A stretch of 64,000 bases of DNA from an uncultured Gemmataceae bacterium (GTDB lineage Bacteria; Planctomycetota; Planctomycetia; Gemmatales; Gemmataceae), in assembly GCA_963750165.1 (NCBI GenBank), contig CAVVPN010000012.1:64001-128000 (forward strand), written 5' to 3'. Both the position numbers and the translations under genes were made by a program. Below, in pieces: positions 30,580 to 39,419 of the stretch. Below the pieces are notes generated by a model. That model saw only the letters and a list, made by a program, of their open reading frames with translations, was not told where the DNA came from and did no database searches. Numbering within the stretch: position 1 is the stretch's first letter; every line of letters starts with the position of its first letter.

Positions 30580-30647
30580 TTGCAGCCAATTGGCTACACT
30601 GATATAATACGTCCAGTTGGCTACGTTGACAAGTCCATCTGGCTACA
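30580..30647. promoter_or_regulatory. Overlapping divergent sigma70 promoters with three operator-like repeats
   Basis: Rightward TTGCAG-N17-TATAAT (30580-30608); leftward TTGTCA-N17-TATTAT (30632-30604); TGGCTAC half-sites at 30591, 30618 and 30640. Confidence 0.7.
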
Positions 30648-30675
30648 TTTTTCGGAATTGTCTTGAGGTGGAGTT

Positions 30676-31032
30676 ATGACGGAATCTGCCTGGAGAGGGG
30701 CGCGGTTGCGTGAGTTGCGGGAACAGAAGGGATTCACCCAGGGCCAGCTCGCCGAACTGGTCGGGGTGAAGCGGGATGCGGTGGCTCGCTGGGAGGCCGA
30801 CGCCAGGGAACCCGGCTGGTCAAACGTCGTGGCGCTGGCGCAGGCCCTCGGCGCGACCTGCCTGGCCTTCCTGGAACCGCCGACGGAACGGGAACCGTCC
30901 GGACCCGGTCGGCCGCCGAAGGCGAAAGAGGAACAGGCGCCACCCGCGCTGAAGCGCCCGCGGGGCCGGCCGAGGAAGGATGCTGGCGATGGGAGCGCTA
31001 CAACGAAGGGGACGAAGGGCAAGCGGCAATGA
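30676..31032 (+). CDS. XRE-family HTH transcriptional regulator with AT-hook-like tail
   Basis: LRELREQKGFTQGQLAELVGV...VARWE...REP; tail RPRGRPRK; GAGGTGGAG upstream. Confidence 0.9.
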   Translation: MTESAWRGARLRELREQKGFTQGQLAELVGVKRDAVARWEADAREPGWSNVVALAQALGATCLAFLEPPTEREPSGPGRPPKAKEEQAPPALKRPRGRPRKDAGDGSATTKGTKGKRQ

Positions 31033-31439
31033 CCCCGGGGACCACGCCCCCCGTCGCTTGTTACCGGCGCGATGGGGTGGGGTGGCGCCGGACCCCCGGA
31101 CCAAATATCGGATTTTCAAATTCGCCGGGATCGGGACTTGTCCGAATTCTGCGGCGTCGGCTGCTCTCGGAGCCGCCGGCGCCGCTCCAAGGTGTCGTTG
31201 TCCTGAGTGGCGCGGACGGTAAGGCGTGAACGGCGGCTGCTCGGGAAGCCGAGGGGTCGATTTTTCAGCGCGCTTCTTGCAATCCGTCCCCCGGGCGGTT
31301 ACGCTCGGCGGCGGGCGCTGAGCCAGCACCCGCCGCCGAGCGGAAAACCCGTGTGGCAAACTTTGTATCGCGCGGCGCGCGCTGATCCCATTTTCGGCCG
31401 TGGTGGTGTCGGCCAGGTGTCCGGCGTGGAGGCGAACCA

Positions 31440-31833
31440 GTGACTTCTGTGATTGCCCCGCTGATCGGTTTCGTCTTCACCGTCATCGGGTGGGTCATCC
31501 GGCCGTTCGTGGAAGATTTCGTAGTCTGGTGGTTCCCGCCTTGGTCGGCCTTACTATCCGGCTATTACCGAACGGAGTGGGAGTACGTCAGTGATGACGC
31601 GAACCGGGAGCGTGTTCGTGTGTTAGATATTATCCAGGTTGAGCAAGGGTGGAGACGGATCCGCGGCCAAGTCATGTTCTCGACCAACGCGCACCGACGG
31701 TACAAGTTTGAGGGCGCCGTGGTCAACGAGGGGACTCCCCGCCGCTACGTCGGCCGGTGGCGCAACTTGACCGAGTCTTATACCGGGGATTTTGGACACT
31801 CTAGCACCATGGGTGACCGAATTGGCGTCCGAG
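31440..31833 (+). pseudogene. Membrane protein with beta-rich C-terminal domain, truncated at IS66
   Basis: N-terminal TM, then LSGYYRTEW...IQVEQ...IRG...YKFEG...YVGRW; lower GC; the ORF runs into IS66. Confidence 0.5.
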
Positions 31834-33692
31834 GTAAGCATTCGGTAAACCGGTTCGTTGAGCGTTCGGCCGTGCGCGCACCCGCGCTTCAGTCGGCCCG
31901 TGGCAAGGGGGCGACCTGGCGCTCCACGCTGGTTTCCCCCCAGCGATGCCCTACGACGTGTTGCTCCCGGACTTGGCCTCCGCCAAGGACCAGCGGCCGC
32001 GTTCCGCCTCGCTGAGATTCCACGGCAGCCAGCCTTCCACATCCGCCGGCGGCGCACCCGCCGCTTCCGCGCACGCCGTCAGGTACGCCGTCAACCACGC
32101 ACGCGGGTTCAGGTTCCACAGGCACAACGTCTGCAACAACCAGAAGAGCATGGCTGCCAACTGCCCCGCCCACACCGCACCACTGCCGTAGTAGTTCTTC
32201 CGCCCCACCACCGGGCCCCGCTGCGCACGCTCCGCCGTGTTGTTATCCATCGGCACTTCCGGGTGCTCGACGAACACCGTCAAACCCGTCCAGTGGTTGC
32301 CCAGGCTCTCCAGCACCTTCCGCCGGGCCGGGTGCAACTCCGCCGCCGCCAACTCCGACTCCCCCTGGGCGCCCAGGGCCGTCACCGCCGCCCGCAGCCG
32401 CGCGTCGGCCACCGCGAACGCCGCGGCCTCCTGCCGCACCGCGAGACGCTCATCGTTGCGTTGGTAGACCGCGCTGATCCGCCCGACCCAGTCCAGCGCC
32501 CAGCCGTCCTGGTCCGGCCAGGTTCGTGCCACGGTCAGGAAGTCCCGGCGCACATGGGCCCAGCAGAAGGCCAGCACGATCACGCCGCGTTTGACCTGGT
32601 CCATGGCCTGGTAGGCCTTGTAGCGGTCCACCACCATAATCCCCGCCGCGTCCGGACCCAGGTGCTCTTCGGGCACGTCATGGGCGCGGCCCTGCGCCAG
32701 GATAAAGACGACGACCTCCGCGGCGTGGACGACCCACAGATACCAGCGGAAACCCACCTTGCCCTCAAGGGTGGCGAACACCTGCCAGCGGGTCTCATCG
32801 CCGTGCCACAACGGCTGCTGGCGGCTGTGCGCTGCCAACTGTTCGTAAACCGGCTCGAACAACGGCAGCAACCGCTGTAAGCCGTCGGTGACGGTGCCCA
32901 GCGACAGATCCAGACCCTGCGTCTGCAGGTCGGCCAACAACCGATAGGTCGGGCGATAGAACAAGTATTTGTCCAGCAACAGCGTCACCCAAACCGAGAC
33001 GCCCAGCGTACTCTTGGGGATCACACGCGGTGCCGGAGGAGCGGTAACAACACCGGGGTGAACGCCGCAGTCACAGGTGGGACGATAGCGGTGGCGGCGG
33101 ATGACCCGGCGATGGGCCTTGACTTCGACCTCCAGGATGGTGGCGTCCTCGGTGCCGCCGACGGCTGCGAAGGCTTGACCGCAGTGCTGGCAGCAACACT
33201 GCTCCGGGGGCAGTTCGTGTTCTTCGACAGCCGCGGGGAGGTGCGTGTGGTCGCGGCGACGCGGCCCCGGCCGGCCGGGTTGCTGGCCACGCCGCCGGGG
33301 CGGTGGGGTAGTCGTGGTCGTGGTCGTGGTGGTGGCAGCGCGGGTCTCGGTCTTGCGGCCGAAGAGTTGTTGCTCACGCAGTCGCAGTTGGGCGCGGAGT
33401 TGCTCGATCTCCTGCTGCAGGAGTGCCTCCCGCTGGACGGCGCGTTGGTGCAGGGCTTTCCAGTAGCCGGCCTGCCGCCAGGGCTCGAACTCGACAGCCA
33501 GGCGTGGGCAGACGGGACAAGGGCCGTCCGGGAGTGGCGATGCCGAGCAGGCCGGGCCGGGAGGCGCGGTGGGCAAGGGAACCCGCAGCAGATCAGGGCC
33601 AACAGGGCCAGCCAACGTACCAGTCATGCCAACCGTTGTAGTCCGGGACGCTCAGCTGGCCAGCGCAGCTGACCGGTTTACCGAATGCTTAC
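31834..33692 (-). mobile_element. IS66-family element with tnpC only (ISBst12-like organisation)
   Basis: 21-bp IR gtaagcattcggtaaaccggt / accggtttaccgaatgcttac with GTAA ends; no matching TSD. Confidence 0.9.
31951..33627 (-). CDS. tnpC: IS66 transposase TnpC
   Basis: Coiled coil, C..C zinc ribbon, HGDET, VDRYKAY, CWAHVRRDF and DNNTAER motifs. Confidence 0.92.
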   Translation of the reverse strand: MTGTLAGPVGPDLLRVPLPTAPPGPACSASPLPDGPCPVCPRLAVEFEPWRQAGYWKALHQRAVQREALLQQEIEQLRAQLRLREQQLFGRKTETRAATTTTTTTTTPPPRRRGQQPGRPGPRRRDHTHLPAAVEEHELPPEQCCCQHCGQAFAAVGGTEDATILEVEVKAHRRVIRRHRYRPTCDCGVHPGVVTAPPAPRVIPKSTLGVSVWVTLLLDKYLFYRPTYRLLADLQTQGLDLSLGTVTDGLQRLLPLFEPVYEQLAAHSRQQPLWHGDETRWQVFATLEGKVGFRWYLWVVHAAEVVVFILAQGRAHDVPEEHLGPDAAGIMVVDRYKAYQAMDQVKRGVIVLAFCWAHVRRDFLTVARTWPDQDGWALDWVGRISAVYQRNDERLAVRQEAAAFAVADARLRAAVTALGAQGESELAAAELHPARRKVLESLGNHWTGLTVFVEHPEVPMDNNTAERAQRGPVVGRKNYYGSGAVWAGQLAAMLFWLLQTLCLWNLNPRAWLTAYLTACAEAAGAPPADVEGWLPWNLSEAERGRWSLAEAKSGSNTS

Positions 33693-35396
33693 CTGCCACA
33701 GTAGTTAAGTGTTGTGATGACCGGCACTTAACCATCTGTGGAGGCTCAAGATCATGGCTCCCGAAGTTACCGACCACCTTACCCTGTGGAACCTTGGCTC
33801 GCAACAACTCCTTATCGATTTCCAGGGCGGCCGCCTCGTCGCCGATGCCGGCCTGCTCGCCGTCCGCGCCCTGGAACGCCCCCTGCGCGTCATCGCTGAC
33901 CTCGCACCCCAACTGCCCGACCCGCGTTCCCCCAAGTTCATCCGCCACTCCGTCGAGGCGCTGCTCACCCAGGAGGTCTACGCCCTGCTCGCCGGCTACC
34001 CCGACCACAACGACCACGACGACCTCCGCGCCGACCCCCTCTTCCAGATCCGCGCCGACGTCAGTCCCGACGCCGAGCAACCCCTCGCCTCGGGTAGCAC
34101 GCTGGCGCGCTTCGCTTACGCCTTCAGCCGCCGCGATGCCGAACTGCCCCCCGAAGAACGGCCCGTCCTCCAGGAGGTCCGTGCCGCCCAGACCCAGCGC
34201 CTGAAGATCCTCAACCGCTACCTGGTGGACCTCTTCATCCGCACGCGCGGCCAGGCGCCGGCCGAGGTGATCCGCGACGCCGATGCCAGCGACGATCCCA
34301 CCCCTGGTGCGCAGGCCCTCAGCGGCTACCACGGCTACTACCGGCAGCATCAGTTCCTGCCCTTGCACGTCTACGAGGGGCACAGCGGCTTCCCCCTGGC
34401 CGTCTGGCTACGGCCCGGCGCCATCCACGCCAGCCTGGGGGCCGTGGACATCCTCGGGGCGATCGTCGCCGCCCTGCGCGCCGCCTGGCCCGAGGTCCGC
34501 ATCCTGGTGCGCGCCGACAACGGCCTGGGAGTGCCCGCCGTCTAGGAGTTCTGCGAAGCCGAGCACCTGGACTACGTCAGCGGTTACGCCAGCAATGCGG
34601 TGCTGGAGCGGGCCACGGCGGCAGCGCTGGCGGATGTGGAGTTGTACTACCAGTTTTATGGCGCGCGCGAGCCGCACGTGCAGCGTTTCGAGGAGGTGCG
34701 TGACTACCAGGCGGGCAGTTGGCCGCACGCGCGGCGGGTGATCGCCAAGGTGGAGATGAACCCGCACGGCAGTCAGCGGCGCTTCGTGGTCACGAACCGC
34801 TCCGAACCGCCGGCGGAGGTCTACCACGGGCTGTACACGCCGCGGGGCCAAGTGCCGGAGCAGCCGATCGGGGAGATGAAGAACGGCCTGCGCTGCGACC
34901 GGCTGAGCGCCTGCGGCTTCTGCGCCAACGCCTTCCGCTTGCTGGTGCATGCCCTGGCTTACGCGGTGGTGGTGCTCTTCCGGGAGGCGGCGGCAGCGGT
35001 GCCCGAGGTGGCGACGGCGTCCGTGGGGACGTTGCGGCAGCGCTTGTGGAAGGCCGGTGCCGTCGTGGTGACGAGCGCGCGGCGGATGTGGTTGCACGTG
35101 TCGGAGACCTGGCCGTACCGGGGGGTGTGGCTGCGGGTGCAGGCGGCAGTGGCGCGCTATGTGAGTCAGGTGGCTGGGCGGGTGCCAGTCGGTGAAGGGG
35201 TGGCCAACTGAGGGTTGGTGGCCTGGTAGACGGCCCGCGCGGCCGTCGGCGGGCGCGGTGTGCGCCGGGGGCGGGAAAAAGGGGTTGGCGCAGCTGCAAA
35301 AGCCCAGGACAACAGCTGCGCCAACCCACACAACCGAACGGCCTGTCATTCAAGAGATATTATGCGCCGGTAATGTCGCACGGTGCGTAATCCGGG
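33693..35396 (+). mobile_element. IS1380-family copy 1 (lacks the first 34 bp, including the left IR)
   Basis: Near-identical to 44267-45970; right IR cggtgcgtaatccggg. Confidence 0.9.
33754..35211 (+). pseudogene. IS1380 transposase with in-frame TAG at 34543-34545
   Basis: F.GG.L..DAG, GYPDHND...LRADP, LRPG, VRAD and Y..RG..E..I.E.K motifs; both halves are in one frame. Confidence 0.88.
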
Positions 35397-35418
35397 CTAA
35401 TGCAGTTGCAAGGGACCT

Positions 35419-35461
35419 GGTTGGCGTAACCGCAAGCGGGCCGCTTGCGGTCACGCCAACC
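35419..35461. repeat. REP-like hairpin downstream of mddA
   Basis: ggttggcgtaaccgcaagcgg-g-ccgcttgcggtcacgccaacc. Confidence 0.75.
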
Positions 35462-35479
35462 ATGCAGCTTGTTTCTGCA

Positions 35480-36211
35480 CTAATCGCCCTTACCGACGCG
35501 GGGAATGAACCTGGGGACGCGTCCCTGGTACGCGCGATACGTGTCGCCGAAGTGGCCCACCAGGTCGCGTTCCTCGATGAGGGCGGCGACGGCCATGTAG
35601 AGCGTCAGTGAGCCGGCAAAGAGCAAGTGGCCCAGCGTCATGGTCGGCGTTGCCCAGAACGCCAGGGCCCAGCCCAGGTAAAGCGGGTGTCGCACGCGGT
35701 TGTAGGGCGGCGGCGTGCGGAAGGGCAGCGCCGTGTAGGGCCGCCCCCGCAGGTAGAGCCAGACCTGGCGGAGGCCGAACAGGTCGAAGTGGTTGATCGT
35801 CAGACTGACCGCGGGGACCGACAGCCAGCCCGCGGCGAACAGTCCCCACAGCAGCCCGCGCCCGACCGAATCCTGTACGTCCCAGATGACGGCGGTAAGG
35901 CCGCGCCACTGCCACATCAGGAAGAAGGTGGCCACGCATGAGATCAGGACATAGGTGCTGCGCTCGATCGGTTGCGGCACCAGCCGCGTCCAGTTTCGCT
36001 TGAACCACGGCCGCGCCATGAGCGAATGCTGCAACCCGAATAGCCCGATCAGCAGCAGATCGATGCCGACGGCGTAAAGGTGGTCTGTCGGCGCCGAGTC
36101 GATGGACTTCGGCACCAGGAAGTTGCCGACGAAGCCGGCCAGGCAAGCGTAGTTTGCCTGAAATAGCAGATAGCAGAAAACACCGTAGACAAAAAAGCTC
36201 CAGCGGCGCAT
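35480..36211 (-). CDS. mddA: Methanethiol S-methyltransferase (MddA-like, ICMT/NnrU family)
   Basis: FVGN..VPKSIDS, FGLQHSLMARPWFK..WT..VP.PIERSTYVL, INHFDLFGLRQV, VRHPLYLG and EERDL motifs. Confidence 0.8.
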   Translation of the reverse strand: MRRWSFFVYGVFCYLLFQANYACLAGFVGNFLVPKSIDSAPTDHLYAVGIDLLLIGLFGLQHSLMARPWFKRNWTRLVPQPIERSTYVLISCVATFFLMWQWRGLTAVIWDVQDSVGRGLLWGLFAAGWLSVPAVSLTINHFDLFGLRQVWLYLRGRPYTALPFRTPPPYNRVRHPLYLGWALAFWATPTMTLGHLLFAGSLTLYMAVAALIEERDLVGHFGDTYRAYQGRVPRFIPRVGKGD

Positions 36212-36259
36212 GGGGATCTCCTGTTTGGACCGAATCAGCCTTGCAGATTGCGAATGGGT

Positions 36260-36319
36260 GTAGCGGCAGTCGCCAGACTTCCGAGCAGCACCGGACGGAA
36301 GTCTGGCGACTGCCGCTAC
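36260..36319. repeat. GTAG-type REP doublet
   Basis: GTAGcggcagtcgccagacttccg-N12-cggaagtctggcgactgccgCTAC. Confidence 0.88.
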
Positions 36320-36340
36320 GCCCAACCGCAAACCGCTCTC

Positions 36341-39193
36341 TCACTGGATCAGCACGTTGTTGCCGGTGCCGCCGTCGAGGACGTCCTGCCCCGGCCCGCC
36401 GATCAGCACGTCGTCGCCGGCGCCGCCGAGCAGCGTGTCGTCGCCGGCACTGCCGATCAGCACGTCGTTGCCGTCGCCGCCGTCCGCCGTCAGCTGGACC
36501 GCGCCGGCGGCCAGCCCGGCGGCGGTCACCACGTCGTCACCGGCCAGGGCGTTGACGATCAGCCGATCGTTGGCCGCCTCGGTGCCGGTGATGTGGATGT
36601 GGGCCGCCAGACCGCTGACGTCGAGACCGGCCGCGTTGCCGATGACGGTGATGTTGTCCGCCCCCGCGGTGCCGTTGACGATGACGGTGTCGGCGGCGCC
36701 GTCGCCGGTGCCGCTGCCCGGCGGGGCCGCCAGGTCGAGGTTCACGTCGGTGACGCCGGTGCCGGTGAGGTCGTTGACGGTGATGGTGTCGGCGCCGCCC
36801 AGCGCCACGACGTTGACCTGCTCGACGCCATGCACGTCCATCGTCACGTTGCCGACATCGCGGAACAGCCGCAGGCGGTCGCCGTTGGCCGACAGGTCCA
36901 CGTGCTCGCCGACGTTGGACCCGTTGAACTGCAGCGTGTCGCGGCCGCCCTGGCCCTCGACGGTGTCGCTGCCGTCGCCGGGGTTCCACACGAACGTGTC
37001 GTCGCCCGCGCCCATCATGGCCACGTCGCTGCCCTGGCCGCCGATGATCAGGTCGTTCCCCGGACTGCCGATCAGGGTGTCATTGCCGGCGCCGCCGTTG
37101 ATGGTCAGACTGATCGCGCCGGCGTGCAGCGCGCTGGCGTTCACGGTGTCGTCGCCACCCAGGGCGTTGACCATGAGACTGTCGCCGGCCTCCTGCCCGT
37201 GAATGCAGACGATGGCGGCAAGCCCCGTGACTTTCACCCCAGTCGCCGACCCCGCCACCGTGATCGCGTCGGCGTCGTTGGTGCCGTTGACGGCGACGGT
37301 GTCAGCGGCGCCGTCGCCGGTGCCGCTGCCCGCCGGGGCCGCCAGGTCGAGGTTGACCTTCGTCACGTCGGTGCCGGTGAGGTCGTTGACGGTGAGGGTG
37401 TCGGCGCCGCCCAGCGCCGCGACGTTGACCCGCTCGACGCCGTTGACGTCCATCGTCACGTTGCCGACGTCGCGGAACAGACTCAGGCGGCTGCCGTTGG
37501 CCGACAGGTCCATGTTCTCGTTGGCGTTGGACCCGTTGAATTGCAGCGTGTCGCTGCCGTCCTGGCCCTCAACGGTGTCGCTGCCGTCGCCGGGGTTCCA
37601 CACGAACGTGTCGTTGCCGGCGCCCAGAAGGGCCACGTCGCTGCCGCGGCCGCCGATGATCGTGTCGTTGCCGTCGCCGCCGATCAGCACGTCATCGCCC
37701 TGGCTGCCGGTGATCGTGTCGTTGCCCGCGCCGCCGTCCACGGTCAGCTTGACGACGCCGGCGGGCAGCGTGGCCGCGCTCACGGTGTCGCCGCCGCCGA
37801 GCGCGTTGACGACCAGCGCGTCGTTGGCGCCTTCGGAACCCTGGACCGCCACGGCGGCGGCAAGGCCGGTCACGGTATAGCTGGTGCCGGCGCCCTGGAT
37901 GTCGATGCCGTCCTTGCCGTTGGTGCCGTTGACGATGACGGTGTCGGCGGCGCCGTCGCCGGTGCCGCTGCCCACCGGGGACCCCAGGTCGAGGTTCACC
38001 TGGGTGACATCGGTGTGGGACAGGTCGTTGACGGTGATGGTGTCCGCCCCGCCCAGGGCGTTGAAATTGATCGCCTCCACGCCGTGAAGGTCCATGCTGA
38101 TGTTGGCGACGTCGCGGGTGAACCGCACCCGCTGGCCGTTGGCGGCGATGTTGACGTTCTCGCTGACGTTGGCGCCGTTGAAGACCATCGTGTCGCTGCC
38201 GTCCTGGCCCTCGACGGTGTCGCTGCCGTCGCCCGGGTTCCAGACGAACGTGTCGTCGCCGGCGCCCATCATGACCACGTCGTTGCCGCGGCCGCCGACG
38301 ATCACGTCGTTGCCGTCGTCGCCGTTAATCACGTCGTTGCCGTCGCCGCCGATGATGGTGTCGTTGCCGTCGCCGCCGTTGATCGTCAGGCTGATCAGCG
38401 GGGCCAGGCCGTTGCCGCCCGTGAAGGTGTCGTCGCCGCCGTTCATGTTGACGACCAGGTTTTCGCTGGTGCCGATGTCCAGCGAGAACGGCGCCGGATT
38501 GGTGCGGTCGAAGCGCACCCGGGTGCCGTTGGCGACCGCGGTGAAGACCTCGGCGCCGTTGCCGCCATTGACTTCGATGGTGTCAGTGCCGTCGCCGCCC
38601 TCGTTGAGGTCGCTGCCGTCGCCGGGGTTCCAGATCAGCCGGTCGTTGCCGGCCTCGCCGAAGACCGAGTCGTTGCCCGCACCGCCCGTGAGGGTGTCGT
38701 TGCCGTCGCCGCCGAAGAGCTGGTCGTCGCCGCCCTGGCCCAGCAGCGTGTCGTTGCCGCCCTGGCCGAAGAGCAGGTCGTTGCCCGAGCCGCCCGTCAG
38801 GGTGTCGTTGCCGTCGCCGCCGAAGAGGTTCGCGGCCGGCAGGGCACCGTTGCTCTCGTCCAGCGTGATCGTGTCGTTGCCGGCCTGCCCGAAGACCTGG
38901 ATGAGCGCGGTGTTGGCGACCGTCGGCCCCCCCGGGGTCTGCACGTTGCCGCCGTTGACGAGGATGTTCCCCGCGGCATCCCGGCTGATGATGATCGTGT
39001 TGGCCTGGGCGTCGCCGATGACGGTCAGGATGCCCGTGCTCGGGGCGAACGACGCGGTCACCGCCGGGAGGATGCGCTCGTGGAGCGGCTCGACGGCCGG
39101 CAAGAAGTTCCACAGCCAGGGCTGCTTGCGGACGCGCCGGCAACCCTGCGGGTACTTCCGCTTCTGCAACCAGTTCAACCAGGACTTCAGCAT
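36341..39193 (-). CDS. RTX/hemolysin-type calcium-binding repeat protein with planctomycete LEPR-like N-terminal motif
   Basis: [11 protein letters not shown]; many GGxGxDxL nonapeptides; repeated [12 protein letters not shown] modules. Confidence 0.9.
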   Translation of the reverse strand: MLKSWLNWLQKRKYPQGCRRVRKQPWLWNFLPAVEPLHERILPAVTASFAPSTGILTVIGDAQANTIIISRDAAGNILVNGGNVQTPGGPTVANTALIQVFGQAGNDTITLDESNGALPAANLFGGDGNDTLTGGSGNDLLFGQGGNDTLLGQGGDDQLFGGDGNDTLTGGAGNDSVFGEAGNDRLIWNPGDGSDLNEGGDGTDTIEVNGGNGAEVFTAVANGTRVRFDRTNPAPFSLDIGTSENLVVNMNGGDDTFTGGNGLAPLISLTINGGDGNDTIIGGDGNDVINGDDGNDVIVGGRGNDVVMMGAGDDTFVWNPGDGSDTVEGQDGSDTMVFNGANVSENVNIAANGQRVRFTRDVANISMDLHGVEAINFNALGGADTITVNDLSHTDVTQVNLDLGSPVGSGTGDGAADTVIVNGTNGKDGIDIQGAGTSYTVTGLAAAVAVQGSEGANDALVVNALGGGDTVSAATLPAGVVKLTVDGGAGNDTITGSQGDDVLIGGDGNDTIIGGRGSDVALLGAGNDTFVWNPGDGSDTVEGQDGSDTLQFNGSNANENMDLSANGSRLSLFRDVGNVTMDVNGVERVNVAALGGADTLTVNDLTGTDVTKVNLDLAAPAGSGTGDGAADTVAVNGTNDADAITVAGSATGVKVTGLAAIVCIHGQEAGDSLMVNALGGDDTVNASALHAGAISLTINGGAGNDTLIGSPGNDLIIGGQGSDVAMMGAGDDTFVWNPGDGSDTVEGQGGRDTLQFNGSNVGEHVDLSANGDRLRLFRDVGNVTMDVHGVEQVNVVALGGADTITVNDLTGTGVTDVNLDLAAPPGSGTGDGAADTVIVNGTAGADNITVIGNAAGLDVSGLAAHIHITGTEAANDRLIVNALAGDDVVTAAGLAAGAVQLTADGGDGNDVLIGSAGDDTLLGGAGDDVLIGGPGQDVLDGGTGNNVLIQ

Positions 39194-39353
39194 GGGTCAT
39201 AACCTCTGAGGGTGGAAAAACCAGGTGCCCCAGCACTGGGGCGCGTAAGGCAATGCGATGAAACGCATGCGGACCCATCAAGATGTGCAGATTTTTTTAT
39301 CAGGAGATGGAGGCGGAAGTGGCGTCGGCGTGCGGCTCGTCGCTGGCAGTTAG

Positions 39354-39418
39354 AGTCTGTTCCAAGAGCAGGTGGCGGCACGTTGGAAACGTGCCGCCAC
39401 CTGCTCTTGGAACAGACT
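39354..39418. repeat. REP-like long perfect inverted repeat
   Basis: agtctgttccaagagcaggtggcggcacgtt-gga-aacgtgccgccacctgctcttggaacagact. Confidence 0.88.
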
Positions 39419-39419
39419 T

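Larger units (their letters stand above)
17697..31032. mobile_element. tRNA-adjacent integrated satellite/PICI-like element (right boundary uncertain)
   Basis: Integrase, excisionase-like HTHs, primase-helicase, iterons, nuclease and XRE regulator; no capsid, tail or conjugation genes recognised. Confidence 0.75.

Noticed and set aside
17697..31032. Complete prophage
   Set aside because: No terminase large subunit, portal, capsid, tail or lysis genes are recognisable.
31088..31130. Faint similarity to tRNA-Arg as a possible distal att site
   Set aside because: Needs several gaps and mismatches; no convincing exact duplicate of the tRNA was found by eye in the window.
36248..39209. 984-aa and other plus-strand ORFs over the RTX gene
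   Set aside because: Antisense shadow ORFs.
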